The translations under genes were made by a program, and so were the position numbers. From Octopus sinensis (Eukaryota), in assembly GCF_006345805.1 (NCBI RefSeq), contig NC_042997.1:147002001-147066000 (forward strand): a DNA stretch of 64,000 nucleotides, given 5' to 3'. Of the stretch, positions 25,640-39,398 are shown piece by piece. Each line of letters opens with the position of its first letter. Position 1 is the first letter of the stretch. The notes under the pieces are model-generated. The model had not been told where the DNA came from. It was given only the letters and a program-made list of their open reading frames with translations, and did no database searches.

Positions 25640-26705
25640 ATATATATATGCGTGTCTGTGTTTGTCCTTCTCACCATTGACAACCAGCATTGGTTTGTTC
25701 ACGTCCCTTTAACTTGTTGGGTCGGCAAAAGAAACAAATAGAATAAGTTTTAATCTAAAAAAAAAAAAAAAGACTGTGGTCGATTTGATCGACTAAATCC
25801 TTCAAGGTAGTATTCCAGCATGGCCGCAGTTCAATGACTTAAGTAAAACAATGAAAGAACGCGTGTTTTTTTTCTGGATTTGTTTTCAAAATTTCTCATT
25901 AGGTGTGATTGTGTGGTTCAGAAGCTTGTTTTTCAACTGTGAAGTTTGGGATTCAGTCTTAGCGCTCAGCACCTTTGGGGAGTGCCTTCTATTATAATCC
26001 TGGACCGACCAAAGCCCTGTGAGTGGATTTGGTAGGTAGGCGGGAACTGAAAGTAAGCAGGCGTGCGTATGTCTGCATGCATGTGTATGTATGTATGTAT
26101 GTATGTATGTATGTATGTATGTATGTATGTATGTATGTATGTATGTATGTATGTATGTATGTGTGTGTGTGTATGTATGCACGCGTGTGTGTGCATGTGT
26201 GTCTGCATGTGTGTGTGTGTTTGTGTGTTCGTGCGTGTATGTGTGTCTTTTTATTTATAGTGTGTTTGTCTCACCAGCACTTGCCAGCCGGTGTTGGTTT
26301 CTTTACGGCCCCATAGTTTAAACGTTCGGCAAAAGATCTTGACGCAATAAGTATCAGAATTAAAAAATAAGTTACGGAAGAGGAGCGCTAAGCAGTGAAG
26401 TGTATAAATGCTATGTTACCAGCTCAAATCTGCGTGTGGCACGTTTTAACTCGTAAATAAGCTATTCCCTGTGCTTCGTTAAATTTTCTCCACATTTTCT
26501 CCATGAGAAATTTTCTACAGCGAGAAATTTTCCCAGTAGCAAAGCACAATAACGACTTATTTACGAGTCCATACGTGCCACACGCATATTTAAACTGGTA
26601 ATAACATTACATTAAAAAAAAAAAAAGTTCTCGGAGTGATTCGTTCGACCAAACCCTTCAACGTGGTGACTCAAAATGGCTGCTGTCTTATGACTGAAAC
26701 AAGTA
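25640..26705 (+). mobile_element. SINE family B pieces: 3' fragment at 25640-25850 and a copy at 25905-26705 interrupted by a MITE
   Basis: Family-B head, body and tail motifs recognisable by similarity to 23887-24215. Confidence 0.7.
26408..26610. mobile_element. Foldback/MITE with about 65-bp imperfect TIRs nested in a SINE
   Basis: ttaccagctcaaatctgcgtgtggcacgttttaactcgtaaataag pairs with cttatttacgagtccatacgtgccacacgcatatttaaactggtaa. The interior has aaattttct repeats. Confidence 0.75.
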
Positions 26706-27405
26706 ATGGCTAAAAAATTACACGGTTTCTAACTAAATAGAAAAGGGTACCTTCAGAGGAATTTAGACAACGCATGAATGTTTGTGTTTTGAGATTTATT
26801 AAAGTTCTTAACAATCAAGTGACAAGATGATTACTTTCGGTGAGTGAAGATCGTTCCAGGGATTCGTGAATATATAATGAGTTATGCGTTATACGTGGAC
26901 ATATCTGCTCCCACGTGTGTGTGTGTGTGCTTGGTTACTGTTTATGTATACGTGTGTATGTGTGTGTGTGGCTGTATGCCATATGCTCACGTGATTGTGT
27001 GCACGTGTCAGTTCTAAGAAAATTTCGTTTAGGAATGTTAAGAATGCTTTAGAAGTCTTCCTTGTAACAGTAATCGATTGAATTGGGAGGATAGAGAAGT
27101 ATCGATCAATCAATCAATCCCTTTATCAATCAATCGAGGGAGAGAGAGAAAGGGGGGAGAAGAGGGAAGGAGAAAGGGAGAGCGGGAGAGGGAGGGGAAG
27201 AGGCAAAGCGCTCGCGCGAAATAGATTGATAAATAGATAGTGAGAGAGAGAGGGAAGAAGAGGGAGGGAGAAGGAGAGAGAGTGCGAGAGAGAGAGAGAG
27301 AGAGGGGAGAGAAGGAAAGCGCGTGCGCGCGAAAAAGATAGATAAATTGATAGATAAATAGATAGAGAGAAAGATAGACAGATATATATATAATATATAT
27401 ATATA

Positions 27406-27437
<32 letters not shown>

Positions 27438-27877
27438 TAGAGGAGAGAGAGGAGAATCCACTTCAGCTCTGGTTTGATGCATTATTTGTTAATCCGAACG
27501 GAGGGCAGGCAAAGTTGACTTGATCACAAAATGTAGAGAGCCAGAACGAATAACACAAGTCATTCTATCTGAGGCAATAGAATTTCAGTCAATTCAGTGC
27601 CTTCCGCCCTTCCTGCCTACCGCCACAAAGCCATCCATCCATCACACCACCTACACAAACATAGATACATGTACACAACATATATACATACATACATACA
27701 CACTTACTTACACATACATACACACACACAAATATACATTTGAAAAAATGAATGGCGATGGTTTTTTAAAAAAATTTGATTTCAATTATGTTTACAGTGA
27801 GTTTATATATATATATATATATATATGTATATGTAATTATTTGTATTTTTGCACGGGTATGTAGGCATTATACTCTT

Positions 27878-28103
27878 TTACTCTTTTACTCTTTACTCTT
27901 TTACTTGTTTCAGTCATTTGACTGCGGCCATGCTGGAGCACCGCCTTTAATCGAGGCAACTCGACCCCGGGACTTATTCTATTGTAAGCCAGACTTATTC
28001 TATCGGTCTCTTTTGCCGAACCGCTAAGTAACGGGGACATAAACACCCAGCATCGGTTGTCAAGCAATGCTAGGGGGACAAACACAGACACACAACACAC
28101 ACA

Positions 28104-28145
<42 letters not shown>

Positions 28146-28298
28146 TACGACGGGCTTCTTTCAGTTTCCGTCTACCAAATCCACTCACAAGGCTTGGTCG
28201 GCCTGAGGCTATAGTAGAAGGCACTTGCCCAAGATGCCATGCAGGGGACTGAACCCGGAACCATGTGGTGGTAAACAAACTACTTACCACACAGCCAT

Positions 28299-28347
<49 letters not shown>

Positions 28348-28698
28348 ATATATATATATATATATATATGTAATATATATATATATATATATGCATATAT
28401 ATTATGTATTTTGCATTATTTATTAATGCATTTATATTAATTAATGACTAACTATTTTTTTATAACTGTAAATATTTTAAACCCAAATGCTTAATTGCTT
28501 TACTCTTTTACTTGTTTCAGTCATTTGACTGCGCCATGCTGGAGCACCACCTTTAGTCGAGCAATCGGCCCCGGGACTTATTCTTTGTAAGCCCAGTACT
28601 TATTCTATCGGTCTTTTTGCCCGGAACCATGTGGTTGGTAAACAAACTACTTACCACACAGCCATAATATATATATATATAAATATATATTATATATA

Positions 28699-28756
<58 letters not shown>

Positions 28757-29005
28757 GAATATACATATATATATATACATATATACGACAGATTTCTTCA
28801 GTTTCCGTCTACCAAATCCACTCACAAGGCATTGGTCGGCCCGAGGCTATAGCAGAAAACACTTGCCCAAGATCCCACGCAGTGGGACTGAACCCGGAAC
28901 CATGTGGTTGGTAAGCAAGCTACTTACCACACAGCCACTCCTAGTGGGACTGAACCCGGAACCATGTGGTTGGTAAACAAGCTACTTACCACAGCCATTC
29001 CTACG
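27878..29005 (-). mobile_element. Cluster of three same-orientation SINE family B copies (about 27878-28300, 28500-28645 and 28785-29005)
   Basis: Repeated family-B tails and heads. The second copy is internally deleted and the third has a duplicated head. Confidence 0.88.
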
Positions 29006-29696
29006 CCTTTGTATATCCTTCCTTGAAGATATTCTCATTTACAGTAATTAACCGAATTAATTTAGTTAAATTAAATTAAATTTGGTTAATTTTTATGCAG
29101 CAAGTGATGAATTGAAACAACTGTAGGTCTGGTCTTTCCAATGTTAATAAACTTTTATTAATCCTATCTCTATCTTCTCTCTTGTTTTGTATATACATGC
29201 ATAATACATACATACATACATACATACATACATACATACATACATACATACATACATACATACATACATACATACATACATAATACATACATACATAATA
29301 CACACACATAATTCTAAATAAGGGCAAAAGAAAAAAAATTTCTATGCCAATATGCTGCAAAATAGACCCTAGATCGTCTAACCACATACAATATTTTTCA
29401 CTACAAATACACAGCGTGTTGAAATGAGAAAAGCAAGCTAACAGAAATTTTTAAAATTCGGTATTCTCGAATCGAACCGATTTCTGGATTAATTCCATAA
29501 AGATTCTTCCTTCTTCAGCGAGAAACACGATTAGAATAAATGGAACACTTATATTTACCCACGGAAAAAGCAGATGAAAAGTCATGTGTACATTTAAGGT
29601 CCTCAAATATATCTAAACAGAAATTCTGTAGCAAGCTTCAGCACACATGTAGATACACGCACACACACGAACTCGCGCACACACGAACTCGCGCAC

Positions 29697-29734
<38 letters not shown>

Positions 29735-29789
29735 ACACACACACACAAACACACACACATACGCGCATACACACACAAGATATTATACA

Positions 29790-29950
29790 CACACATACGA
29801 CGGGCTTCCATATAATTTCCGTTGACTAAATCCACACACAAGGTAATAATGTTTGACTTGGAGCTATAGTAGAAGATATTTTCCCAAGGTGCTGTGCAGT
29901 GGTACCGAACCCGAAACCATGTGGTTGCATATCGAGCTTCTTAACTACTC
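29790..29950 (-). mobile_element. SINE family B 5' fragment
   Basis: Reverse complement of the head and central domain. Confidence 0.7.
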
Positions 29951-30788
29951 ATTCAAATGTAAGAACGCATGTATCTATGTATATGTAGGTATGTATGTGG
30001 GTATTTTATGTATGTGTATATATGTGGGTATTTTATATATTATTTCATGTTTGTTCACATTAAAACACAATCACATGGCAATCTAGAAAATAAATATAAG
30101 CAGTTTAGATCCAGCGATTAGACGTATAAAAGACATTAAGAAAGCGTTGGCCTGATTTATAAACAAGAAGAAATCGGTCGTGGCTCATCTTTCAGTGATG
30201 TTGATAAGTTTCAAGGCGGTAGTTTTAGTAGGAAGAGTGTCTTGCAGGCGAGAGGGAGAGGGGAAGAAAGAAAAGGAGAGAGAAGAAAAAGAGAAAGGTA
30301 TGATTGAAAATAATCCAGACATTTGTTGAGTAACAAGCATCGTATTTCGTTTTGGAGAATATTAATCTTGTTAGGAAATCTTGGAAGGCCTGGTTATATC
30401 TTAAGTGTCTTTTATGGTAACGAAAGAAATCTGCTTAAAGCACCACACCACGTCCTTATTTCTTCTTAAGGTTGAAAGTGATTCCCGAAAGACAGTCTGA
30501 CTCTCTCCTTATGCGTACGTTACATATACAGTCACGCCTGCGCGCACACACACATTAATAAAAATACTTAGTTGTTTGCCACTTATACATGTTACATATA
30601 CATGAACCCACTCAAATATATTATACATGAATATGTGCGTATGTTTAAACACATACATACACACAGAGACTAACACACACGCACATACACATCTTCACGT
30701 ACGCGCGTGTACAATCACTCAAATCAACGTGCATCTCTCTCTCTATATATATATGTATGTATGTATGTATGTATATATGAGCTAATCT

Positions 30789-30835
<47 letters not shown>

Positions 30836-30864
30836 TGAGGGTACTACTATTTTATTTCTTTATT

Positions 30865-31100
30865 TCACGTTGCTCCAGTTCACTCAGCTGAAGAAATGAG
30901 TTGCGACGTCACAGGTGCCAAGCTGTATCGACCTTTGTCTTTCCCTTGGATAACACTGGTGGCGTGGAGAGGGGAGGCTGGTATGCATGGGCGACTGCTG
31001 GTCTTCCATAAACAACCTTGCCCGGACTTGTGTCTAGGAGGGTAACTTACTAGGTGCAATCCCATGGTCATTCATGACCGAAGGGGGTCTTTACCCCCTT
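30865..31100 (+). mobile_element. SINE family C, 5'-truncated
   Basis: Nearly identical to the reverse complement of 49592-49830. Confidence 0.88.
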
Positions 31101-31258
31101 TTACTATTCGTAGATACCAACACGCTAAGAGGGACCAATGCGGTCAAAACTACTAAAAATAAACAAAATTTTACCGAATGCAATTTCTTTTAAAGATTTT
31201 ATCCTCAATTGTTAATATATATATATATTATATATATATATATATATATTATATATAG

Positions 31259-31520
31259 TGTGGAGGCGCAATGGCCCAGTGGTTAGGATGGTGGTGATCC
31301 CTGCTGTATCTTTCACCACAACCTTCTCTCACTCTTACTTCCTGTTTCTGTTGTACCTGTATTTCAAAGGGCCGGCCTTGTCACTCTCTGTGTCACGCTG
31401 AATATCCCCGAGAACTACGTTAAGGGTACACGTGTCTGTGAGTGCTCAGCCACTTACACGTTAATTTCACGAGCAGGCTGTTTCGTTGGATCGGATCAAC
31501 GGAACCCTCGTCGTCGTAAC
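31259..31520 (+). mobile_element. SINE family D with an internal deletion
   Basis: tRNA-like start ggaggcgcaatggcccagtggttagg, then a body ending gtcgtcgtaaccgacggagtgc. Confidence 0.7.
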
Positions 31521-31545
31521 CGACGGAGTGCTTCCATCCCCATAT

Positions 31546-31588
<43 letters not shown>

Positions 31589-31602
31589 TATATAATAATA
31601 TT

Positions 31603-31637
<35 letters not shown>

Positions 31638-31673
31638 CTATCTATCTATCTATTTCTCTCTCTCTCTCTCTCC

Positions 31674-31720
<47 letters not shown>

Positions 31721-31964
31721 GGAAAAAAGGTAGAAAATGATAAAATAATCTTATAAAAAAATTTCTGTACCGGTTTCAGTCATTGAGACTTTGTTCAACT
31801 GTAGTATGGAAAACAATTAAATTTTGAAAAAATTAAATGAAAAGTTTTTTTAAAAGAATATTTGCATAGTTTTCAAATACAAGGGGCATTTTCGTTGTTT
31901 CTGCCTTCTCTGTCTCTCTTATATACTCTTGTAGGTTCGAGGTCGTTGTGTATTCTTGGCAAAG

Positions 31965-31996
<32 letters not shown>

Positions 31997-32089
31997 TGCA
32001 GGAGTGTTATGCTAGTAGTAGGATGTTAAATGGTCAAGTGCCTTGAAAGTGACTTGTTGTGGATGGTAGTAGTGATTGAATTCTTGAGA

Positions 32090-32191
<102 letters not shown>

Positions 32192-32711
32192 CCTATATGC
32201 CATAGAACCTCCTCAACACTAGACACCAATATCTAAGCGTTATCTGAGCTTGAAAATATTATCTGAGAAGTAAAAAACAATGAATATCAAAGCAAGTAAT
32301 CTCCACAAACTATGAATCTACCAACACTTTACATTTTACTAGAAATGAAGGACAACTCAGAATAACGAGGCTAAGGTACTGAAAAAATCCACAATCAGGC
32401 ATAACAAATATGTATTTCCATCATTAGCTGCCAAGCCGTCGGCCCCTACTCCTTTCTTCTTCATTTATGTCGGTCTCTTTGGTGACTAGCTTATCTTGAT
32501 TGGCGATTTCAGTGCCAGTGTTGGAAAGAACCCCCCCCTTGTGGGAGAACGTTAGGGGAAACAAGGTACCGGAAATTACAATGCAAACAAAGAGTTACTT
32601 CTCAGACTTTGCATAGAGCACGAATTCTTCATTACCAATTCAGTTTCGACTCTCAAACCACTTAAAAATTACAAGAATGTATCCTCATTCTTAATATTGA
32701 CATGTCCTTAA

Positions 32712-33270
32712 GGTGGCGAGCTGGCAGAAACGTTAGCTCACCAGGCAAAATGCTAAGCAGTATTTCGTCTGCCGCTACGTTCTAAGTTCAAATTCCGCCG
32801 AGGTCGATTAAATAAGTACCATTTACGTACTGGGGTCGATATAATCGACTTGATCCGTTTGTCTGTCCTTGTTTGTCCTCTTTGTGTTTATTCCCTTGTG
32901 GGTAGTAAAGAAATAGGTATTTCGTCTGCCGTTACGTTCTGAGTTAAAATCCGCCGAGGTCGACTTTGCCTTTCATCCTTTCGGGGTCGATAAATTAAGT
33001 ACCAGTTACGCACTGGAGTCGATATAATCGACATAATCCGTTTGTCTATCCTTGTTTTTCCTCTTTGTGTTTATCCCCTTGTGGGTAGTAAAGAAATAGG
33101 TATTTCGTCTGCCGTTACGTTCTGAGTTAAAATCCGCCGAGGTCGACTTTGCCTTTCATCCTTTCGGGGTCGATAAATTAAGTACCAGTTGCGCACTGGG
33201 GTCGATCTAATTGACTGGCCCCTTCCCCCAAATTTTCGGACTTTGTGTGCTTAGGGTAGAAACAAATATT
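32712..33270 (+). mobile_element. SINE family A trimer: one head plus three tandem body units
   Basis: Units start at 32760, 32917 and 33100 (157 and 183 bp). The junction is aagaaatag|gtatttcgtctgcc. Confidence 0.9.
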
Positions 33271-33729
33271 GACATCTCTATGATTACTTTATCACTAGTC
33301 AAAGCAACAAGAAAGGCATGACTAACATAAGACAGCAAGAAAAGCAGACGGCTGTTTGACGGGTTATTCTACTCAGCCGAATCAGAATTTCTGTTCATCG
33401 TAAACCATTTTCCCACTTACAGTGTCAGCTACAAAGAAAGCTCAATAAACTGAAATTTAAAGAAACCAAGCTGAAGAATTCCAAGAATACATAAAAAAGC
33501 TGCCAAACAGCTCCACAGTAACAAGGACACCAAGAAGAGTTTACAACAATCCGAAACATCATCCAAGAAGCTTACTGAGAACACCACTGGCTTCATGAAA
33601 AGGAAGAACAAAGATCTAAACATTAACTATATATATTCTCTCTTTCTCTTTCCCTCGTTCTTTCTCTCTCTCTCTCTCTCTTTCTCTCTCTCACACACAC
33701 AGTCACACACACACATACACACACATGTA

Positions 33730-35021
33730 CGAAGGGCATTCAATAAGTAATGCCCCTGACCCACTTCCCATAGAAGTAGAGCAACGAAACTTGGCACAGT
33801 TATTAGTCTTTTTCTACATAGGAACCACCCAGAGTTACGCATTTCTCCCATCGTTTGATGCAGCGCTGGAGACCGTTTTTGTAGAAGACCCCAGCTTGGT
33901 CCTCCAGCCACGACGTGACTTTAGAAATCAAGGCTGCATCATCTGTGAAATGCTTTCCTTTCAAAAACAACTTCATGGCTGGAAAGAGGTGAAAATTAGA
34001 GGGTGCAAGGTCAGGAGCGTAGGGGGGATGGTGGAGGAGTTCATAGCAGCACGCCTGTGCTTCTGATCTGGCGACACGCGAGTTATGGACCGGAGCGTTT
34101 TCCTGCAGGAGGAGGATGCCTTTGCTGAGCTTGCCCCACCTCTTGATTTTGATAGCTTCTCTTAATTTCCTCAAAAGTGAAGCATAATAGGCTCCTGTAA
34201 TTGTGGTACCCTTTGCCAGGAAATCTGCCATCACTACTCCGTCCTGGTCCCAGAAGACTGTGAGCATGACCTTGCCAGCGGAGGGCTGCACCCTTGCCTT
34301 CTTTGGAGGAGGTGAGTCACGGTGCATCTACTGCATTGACTGGGCTTTGGTCTCTGAATCATAGTGATGGACCCAGGTTTCATCCTGTGTAATCAGTCTT
34401 TTGAAAAATTTTGACTCATCTTCTTGGCACATCTCCAAATTCATCCTCGAGCACTCGACGCGTTCTTGCTTCTGGAAAGGTATGAGCAATCTGGGAATCC
34501 ATCTGGCAGACACCTTTTGCATATGCAAATGGTCATGAATGATAGTTTCCACAGACCCGGTACTAATCTTGACCTCATGGGCTATTTGGCGAATAGTTAT
34601 GCATCGATCTTCCAAAATGGCAGCCTCAACTTGACGGACAGATCCCTCATCAATGGCAGAAGGGGGCGACCAGATCTGGGAGCTGTTTCCACAGAGTTCC
34701 GACCATGTTTGAATTCACGATGCCAGCATTTTACAAGGTCATATGATGGGGCATCATCACCATAAGTTACTTTCATTTCATCAAAAGTCTCCTGTGGTGT
34801 GCGTCCTTTCAAATACAAAAACCGGATCACTGCTCGACACTCAACAGGCTCCATTTCACACTTGACTCAGTTCAAACACCTGTAAATCAGAGACCACAAT
34901 TAGCTCAGAGCTGTAGTTTGTTAATTAATCTATAGAGATATAAATAATTGCACATGCAAAATTTCAGCTAGATCAAACAACTGCAAGTGGGTCCGAGGCA
35001 TTACTTATTGAACGTCCCTCG
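33730..35021 (-). mobile_element. Full-length (1292 bp) mariner transposon, inactive
   Basis: Imperfect TIRs cgaagggcattcaataagtaatgcc / ggcattacttattgaacgtccctcg with TA on both sides. The transposase runs 34854 to 33803 with WIPRLL, ITQDETWVHHY, QENAPVH and YAPDLAPSNFHLF. Confidence 0.96.
33803..34854 (-). pseudogene. Mariner (D,D34D-type) transposase pseudogene
   Basis: A frameshift near 34600, an in-frame TAG at 34328-34330 (QW becomes Q*), the second catalytic D changed to E (QENAP) and the third to N (PSNF). Confidence 0.93.
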
Positions 35022-35044
35022 TATGTTTGTATGTATTTTTATTA

Positions 35045-35458
35045 TCTTCTACTTGTTTCAGTCATTGGATTGCAGCGCCTCGAAGGGTTTTAGTTGAACG
35101 AATCGCTCCCAGTACTTATTTTTAAAAGCCTGGTACTTACTCTGGCAGGATATTTTGCCGAACCCATATGTTCAGCAGACGCAAACAAGCCAACGCCAGT
35201 TGTCGAGTGGTGAGCGGATAAATATATTTTTTTTTGTTGCCCACAGGGGGCTAAACATAGAAGGGACAAACAAGGACAGACAAACGGATTAAGTCGATTA
35301 CATCGACCCCAGTGCGTAACTGGTACTTATTTAATCGACTCAGAAAGGATGAAAGGCAAAGTCGACCTCGGCGGAATTTGAACTCGGAACGTAACGACAG
35401 ACGAAATACGGCTACGCATTTCGCCCGGCGTGCTAACGTTTCTGCCAGCTCGCCGCCT
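35045..35458 (-). mobile_element. SINE family B 3' fragment (35045-35215) and SINE family A copy (35232-35458)
   Basis: Reverse-complement matches to the family B tail and the family A head and body. Confidence 0.82.
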
Positions 35459-35689
35459 TCGAGAGTGGATAAATATAGACGCAAAGGCAGGCAGACACAC
35501 ATACACACATTCACACATTCACGCACATATATAATGACAAATATGAAGAATGGAGAATGTTGTAGTAAAATGATTTACCCACTCAGTTCTTTGTCAGTAT
35601 AAAACTTTGTGGATATTTGTAAATTTTCAGATATTTTTTTTGGTATAACAGACGATCTCCAGTTTACAGCTTACTCTGATAGTCAATAG

Positions 35690-35925
35690 TGGAGGTGCGT
35701 GGCTTAGGGTATTGGACTCGTGATCGTAAAATTGTGGTTTCGATTCTTGGACCGGGCGATGCGTTGTGTTCTTGAGCAAAACTCTTCATTTCACGTTGCT
35801 CCAGTCCACTCAGCTGGCAAAAATGAGTAATCCTGCGATAGATCGGCATCCCGTCCAACTGGGGAATTTATATGCCACTGAAACCAGGAAACCGGCCCTT
35901 AAGAGCCTGGTATGGCTCGAGAAGG
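35690..35925 (+). mobile_element. SINE family C-related copy
   Basis: ggaggtgcgtggcttag...ggtttcgattcttggaccgggcgatgcgttgtgttcttgagcaaaactcttcatttcacgttgctccagtccactcagctg shares its central domain with family C. Confidence 0.78.
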
Positions 35926-36010
35926 AAACATTTCTTCTTTCTTCTTCCGATAGTCAATATCTGTGGATGAGCTTAATAAGGTAAACACCATGATTACATA
36001 CCCTTATGAA

Positions 36011-36071
<61 letters not shown>

Positions 36072-36173
36072 ATCTATCTATCTATCTGTCTATCTGTCTG
36101 TCTGTCCGTCCATCCATCCATCCATCCATCCATCCATCCATCCATCCATCCATCCAGCCAGCCAGCCAGCCAG

Positions 36174-36253
<80 letters not shown>

Positions 36254-36254
36254 A

Positions 36255-36415
36255 TGACGACGACCTTCCACCTTATTTCCGTCTATCAAATTAACTCACA
36301 AGGCATTAGCTGATCCAAGGCAATAGTAGAAAGCACTTGCTCAAGGTGCTGCGTAGTAGAACTGAACCCGAAAACTCGTGGTTGAAAAGCGAGCGTCTTA
36401 ACCACACAAGGAAGC
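36255..36415 (-). mobile_element. SINE family B 5' fragment
   Basis: Reverse complement of the head and central domain. Confidence 0.7.
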
Positions 36416-36448
36416 CTGTAGAAGTGTAAATATATGCACATGTGTGTG

Positions 36449-36515
<67 letters not shown>

Positions 36516-36770
36516 ATGCACGTTAGACTTTGGTTATTATTTTAAAGCAAGTTTAATAACCACAAAAGAGTAATTGATGTAGAGGGTGGGTAGTTAGTAC
36601 TGAGAATAGTGTCAAATTTATAGCAGTTCTGGAGTTTTATAGGAAAACCGAATAAAAATGATATTGGTAACTTAGATACTTTAACGAAAATATTTGATTT
36701 AACACCTTTGTGCACAACACACATCCATATGTACATGTATGTGTGTAAATATATATAAATATAAATATAA

Positions 36771-36805
<35 letters not shown>

Positions 36806-37424
36806 GGTATATGCATCTATGTAAATATATAATATATGTATATATCTATATCTATCTTTCTATATAAATATACTTACATGTATGTATGTATATGTGTGTA
36901 GACAGACGCAAGAAACATATTAGCACTTAAATTTTCATTTAACGTTTTATATATATATTAGATTGTTAACATTGAACTAATGCGTAGCAGAAACTTGTGA
37001 AGTTTTTAGAGAATATTATAAATAATATTCTTTAGTTGGCCTTTAATTCAATCTGTATTAGTAAACAACACACACTCTCACAAGTTTCCATCTACGCACG
37101 TACAAAAATAGAAACAAATACATTTATATTTCTTCACACAAAATTCAGTTGACACCTTAATTCTTTTTAGAATAAAAAAAATTCTTAACCTTCAGTTTAA
37201 TTAGTCCAATTAACTAGATGCCTGGTATTTTTTTAACACTTGACCCATTACTGACCTGTATTTACTTAAAATTAAATATTTTTTCAATTAATTTATACCT
37301 GTTTCCATTTCATTATAAGTATTTTTAACTTCTCATTTAATTTTTTTTACATATTTATTTATCTATGAATACCCATTCCTTTTTTTTTATTAATTTGAAT
37401 ACTCAAACACACACAGACACACGC

Positions 37425-37505
<81 letters not shown>

Positions 37506-37644
37506 GCAAAGGTGATGTAAATACAACACAAAGACGAGATAAAAAAATAGAGTTTGTATTGGTCTAACGCTCAGGAAATGGGGGAAAAACAAGGAAATGT
37601 CTTTAGCGTTCGAGTATGTATGTATACACACACACACATATTAT

Positions 37645-37720
<76 letters not shown>

Positions 37721-37726
37721 TATTAT

Positions 37727-37771
<45 letters not shown>

Positions 37772-37811
37772 TATATATTATATATATATATATACATATG
37801 TATACACTCAC

Positions 37812-37842
<31 letters not shown>

Positions 37843-39310
37843 TGTTTGTTTGTGTGTGTGTGTGTATTTTCCTTCCTCTCTATTTCTCAAGTTGTTTCTT
37901 TACTTGTTTGACTGCTGAAATCATCTTGGAATTTGTTTTTGTGACCTTTAAACTACTTCCTTAGATTTCAACCAGCAAGAAAAATAAAAAATTCTTTTTT
38001 ATTGTAGTTTTAAAAACAAATGGAAATTACTACCGAAACACCCATTTCTTCTAATGAGGCTACCCTTCCGTTTTCATTTGTAAATTCCCAAATCTTTCTT
38101 CGCATCTTGAATAAACCGCCAGAAGAAACGTAATATCCCACGGGAAGCTCACTATCAACCTAACTGTGATGCTTTCCTTGTTATGTACACCTGGTTGCTA
38201 CATTGATTATTTATCTGTTGCTGTTCATGAAAATGCTGTTTGAAAATACTATACGACACACAAACGTTGCCTGCACTGATCTTAAGCGTTGTTCCTTCTG
38301 AGATATTTTCGTGGAAACTTGTTAATGTCATGGAGCAGATTTCCTCTCCTGTTCAATCACGTATTTGAAATGTGTTAGTGCTATACAGCAAATGCATTCT
38401 AGAATAATGTTCTTCTGTAGAAAGAAGCTCCTACTCGACAATTTTTAAAGTCTTTTCTTAATTTGTTTCTATTTACAGCATTTTATATGGCATATTATTA
38501 TTGAAACCTAGGTGTCTGTGATACCCTTATATGGAAAAAAAGACAACAGGAATGTAATAGTTTTAGTTTTAGGAAGCGATTTTCTTTCCATTCGGCTATT
38601 ATATTCGAATATTTCTTTCGGTCTAATTTCCATGGAAAAACATTCCAGTAGATTCTTAACCCCGAAGAAAGAACTAGTTTCTAATGCATAGACAAACCTC
38701 CCATTCATTCATTCATTCATTCATTCTTCATTCACTCTTATTAAGGATAAAATCTTCTCTCCCTGCATACACAAGCAATATTTCACACTTAAACACTTCA
38801 AAGAGGAATCAACACTTGTGCCGCTAAACCCACCACGATAGCTCCTTTCCTGAACGTGAAATTTGAATATGTATAACACATGAACCCCGCATACAGAAAT
38901 ATTCTCCCATGACCAACTACCTTAGCACACAAGCATACGAACATCACATACACCCAGAATACAATATTAGATAATGCAAACAAATTTACCATCCGACACA
39001 ACTGTTTGCCCAAAAGTCAAACCCAAGGGAGATAACCACTCAAAAAATGTCATCCAAGATTTGCACCCATTGTTTTATTGTTTTCTTTCCGAGAATCTCT
39101 GCGAATTCAATGAGACTTTGTGTTTATCCAAAATGTAGAGCAACGCCATTCGTCCATGTGATCGGCTTGAAGAATTGTTAAGATATTAAGATATTTTCCT
39201 CTTTTTCTTAACATGAAAACAGTGGTAGCCATAATTCACAAATAAAGAATTTCTATCTACCAATGCGGTGTTGAGCACTCATTTTCATCAACTGACATTA
39301 ACACACACAC

Positions 39311-39358
<48 letters not shown>

Positions 39359-39364
<6 letters not shown>

Positions 39365-39398
39365 ATATAATTCGAGACGTCTCGAATTATATTATATA
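39359..39398. repeat. Perfect 40-bp palindrome with no spacer
   Basis: tatataatataattcgagac|gtctcgaattatattatata. Confidence 0.95.

Noticed and set aside
31760-31805. Minus-strand hammerhead remnant (ttgaacaa-AGTC/GACT-GAAAC-cg-GTA)
   Set aside because: Stem II and the GAAAC-CG-GUA part fit, but the 3-8 pair and stem I are broken. At best it is a dead copy.
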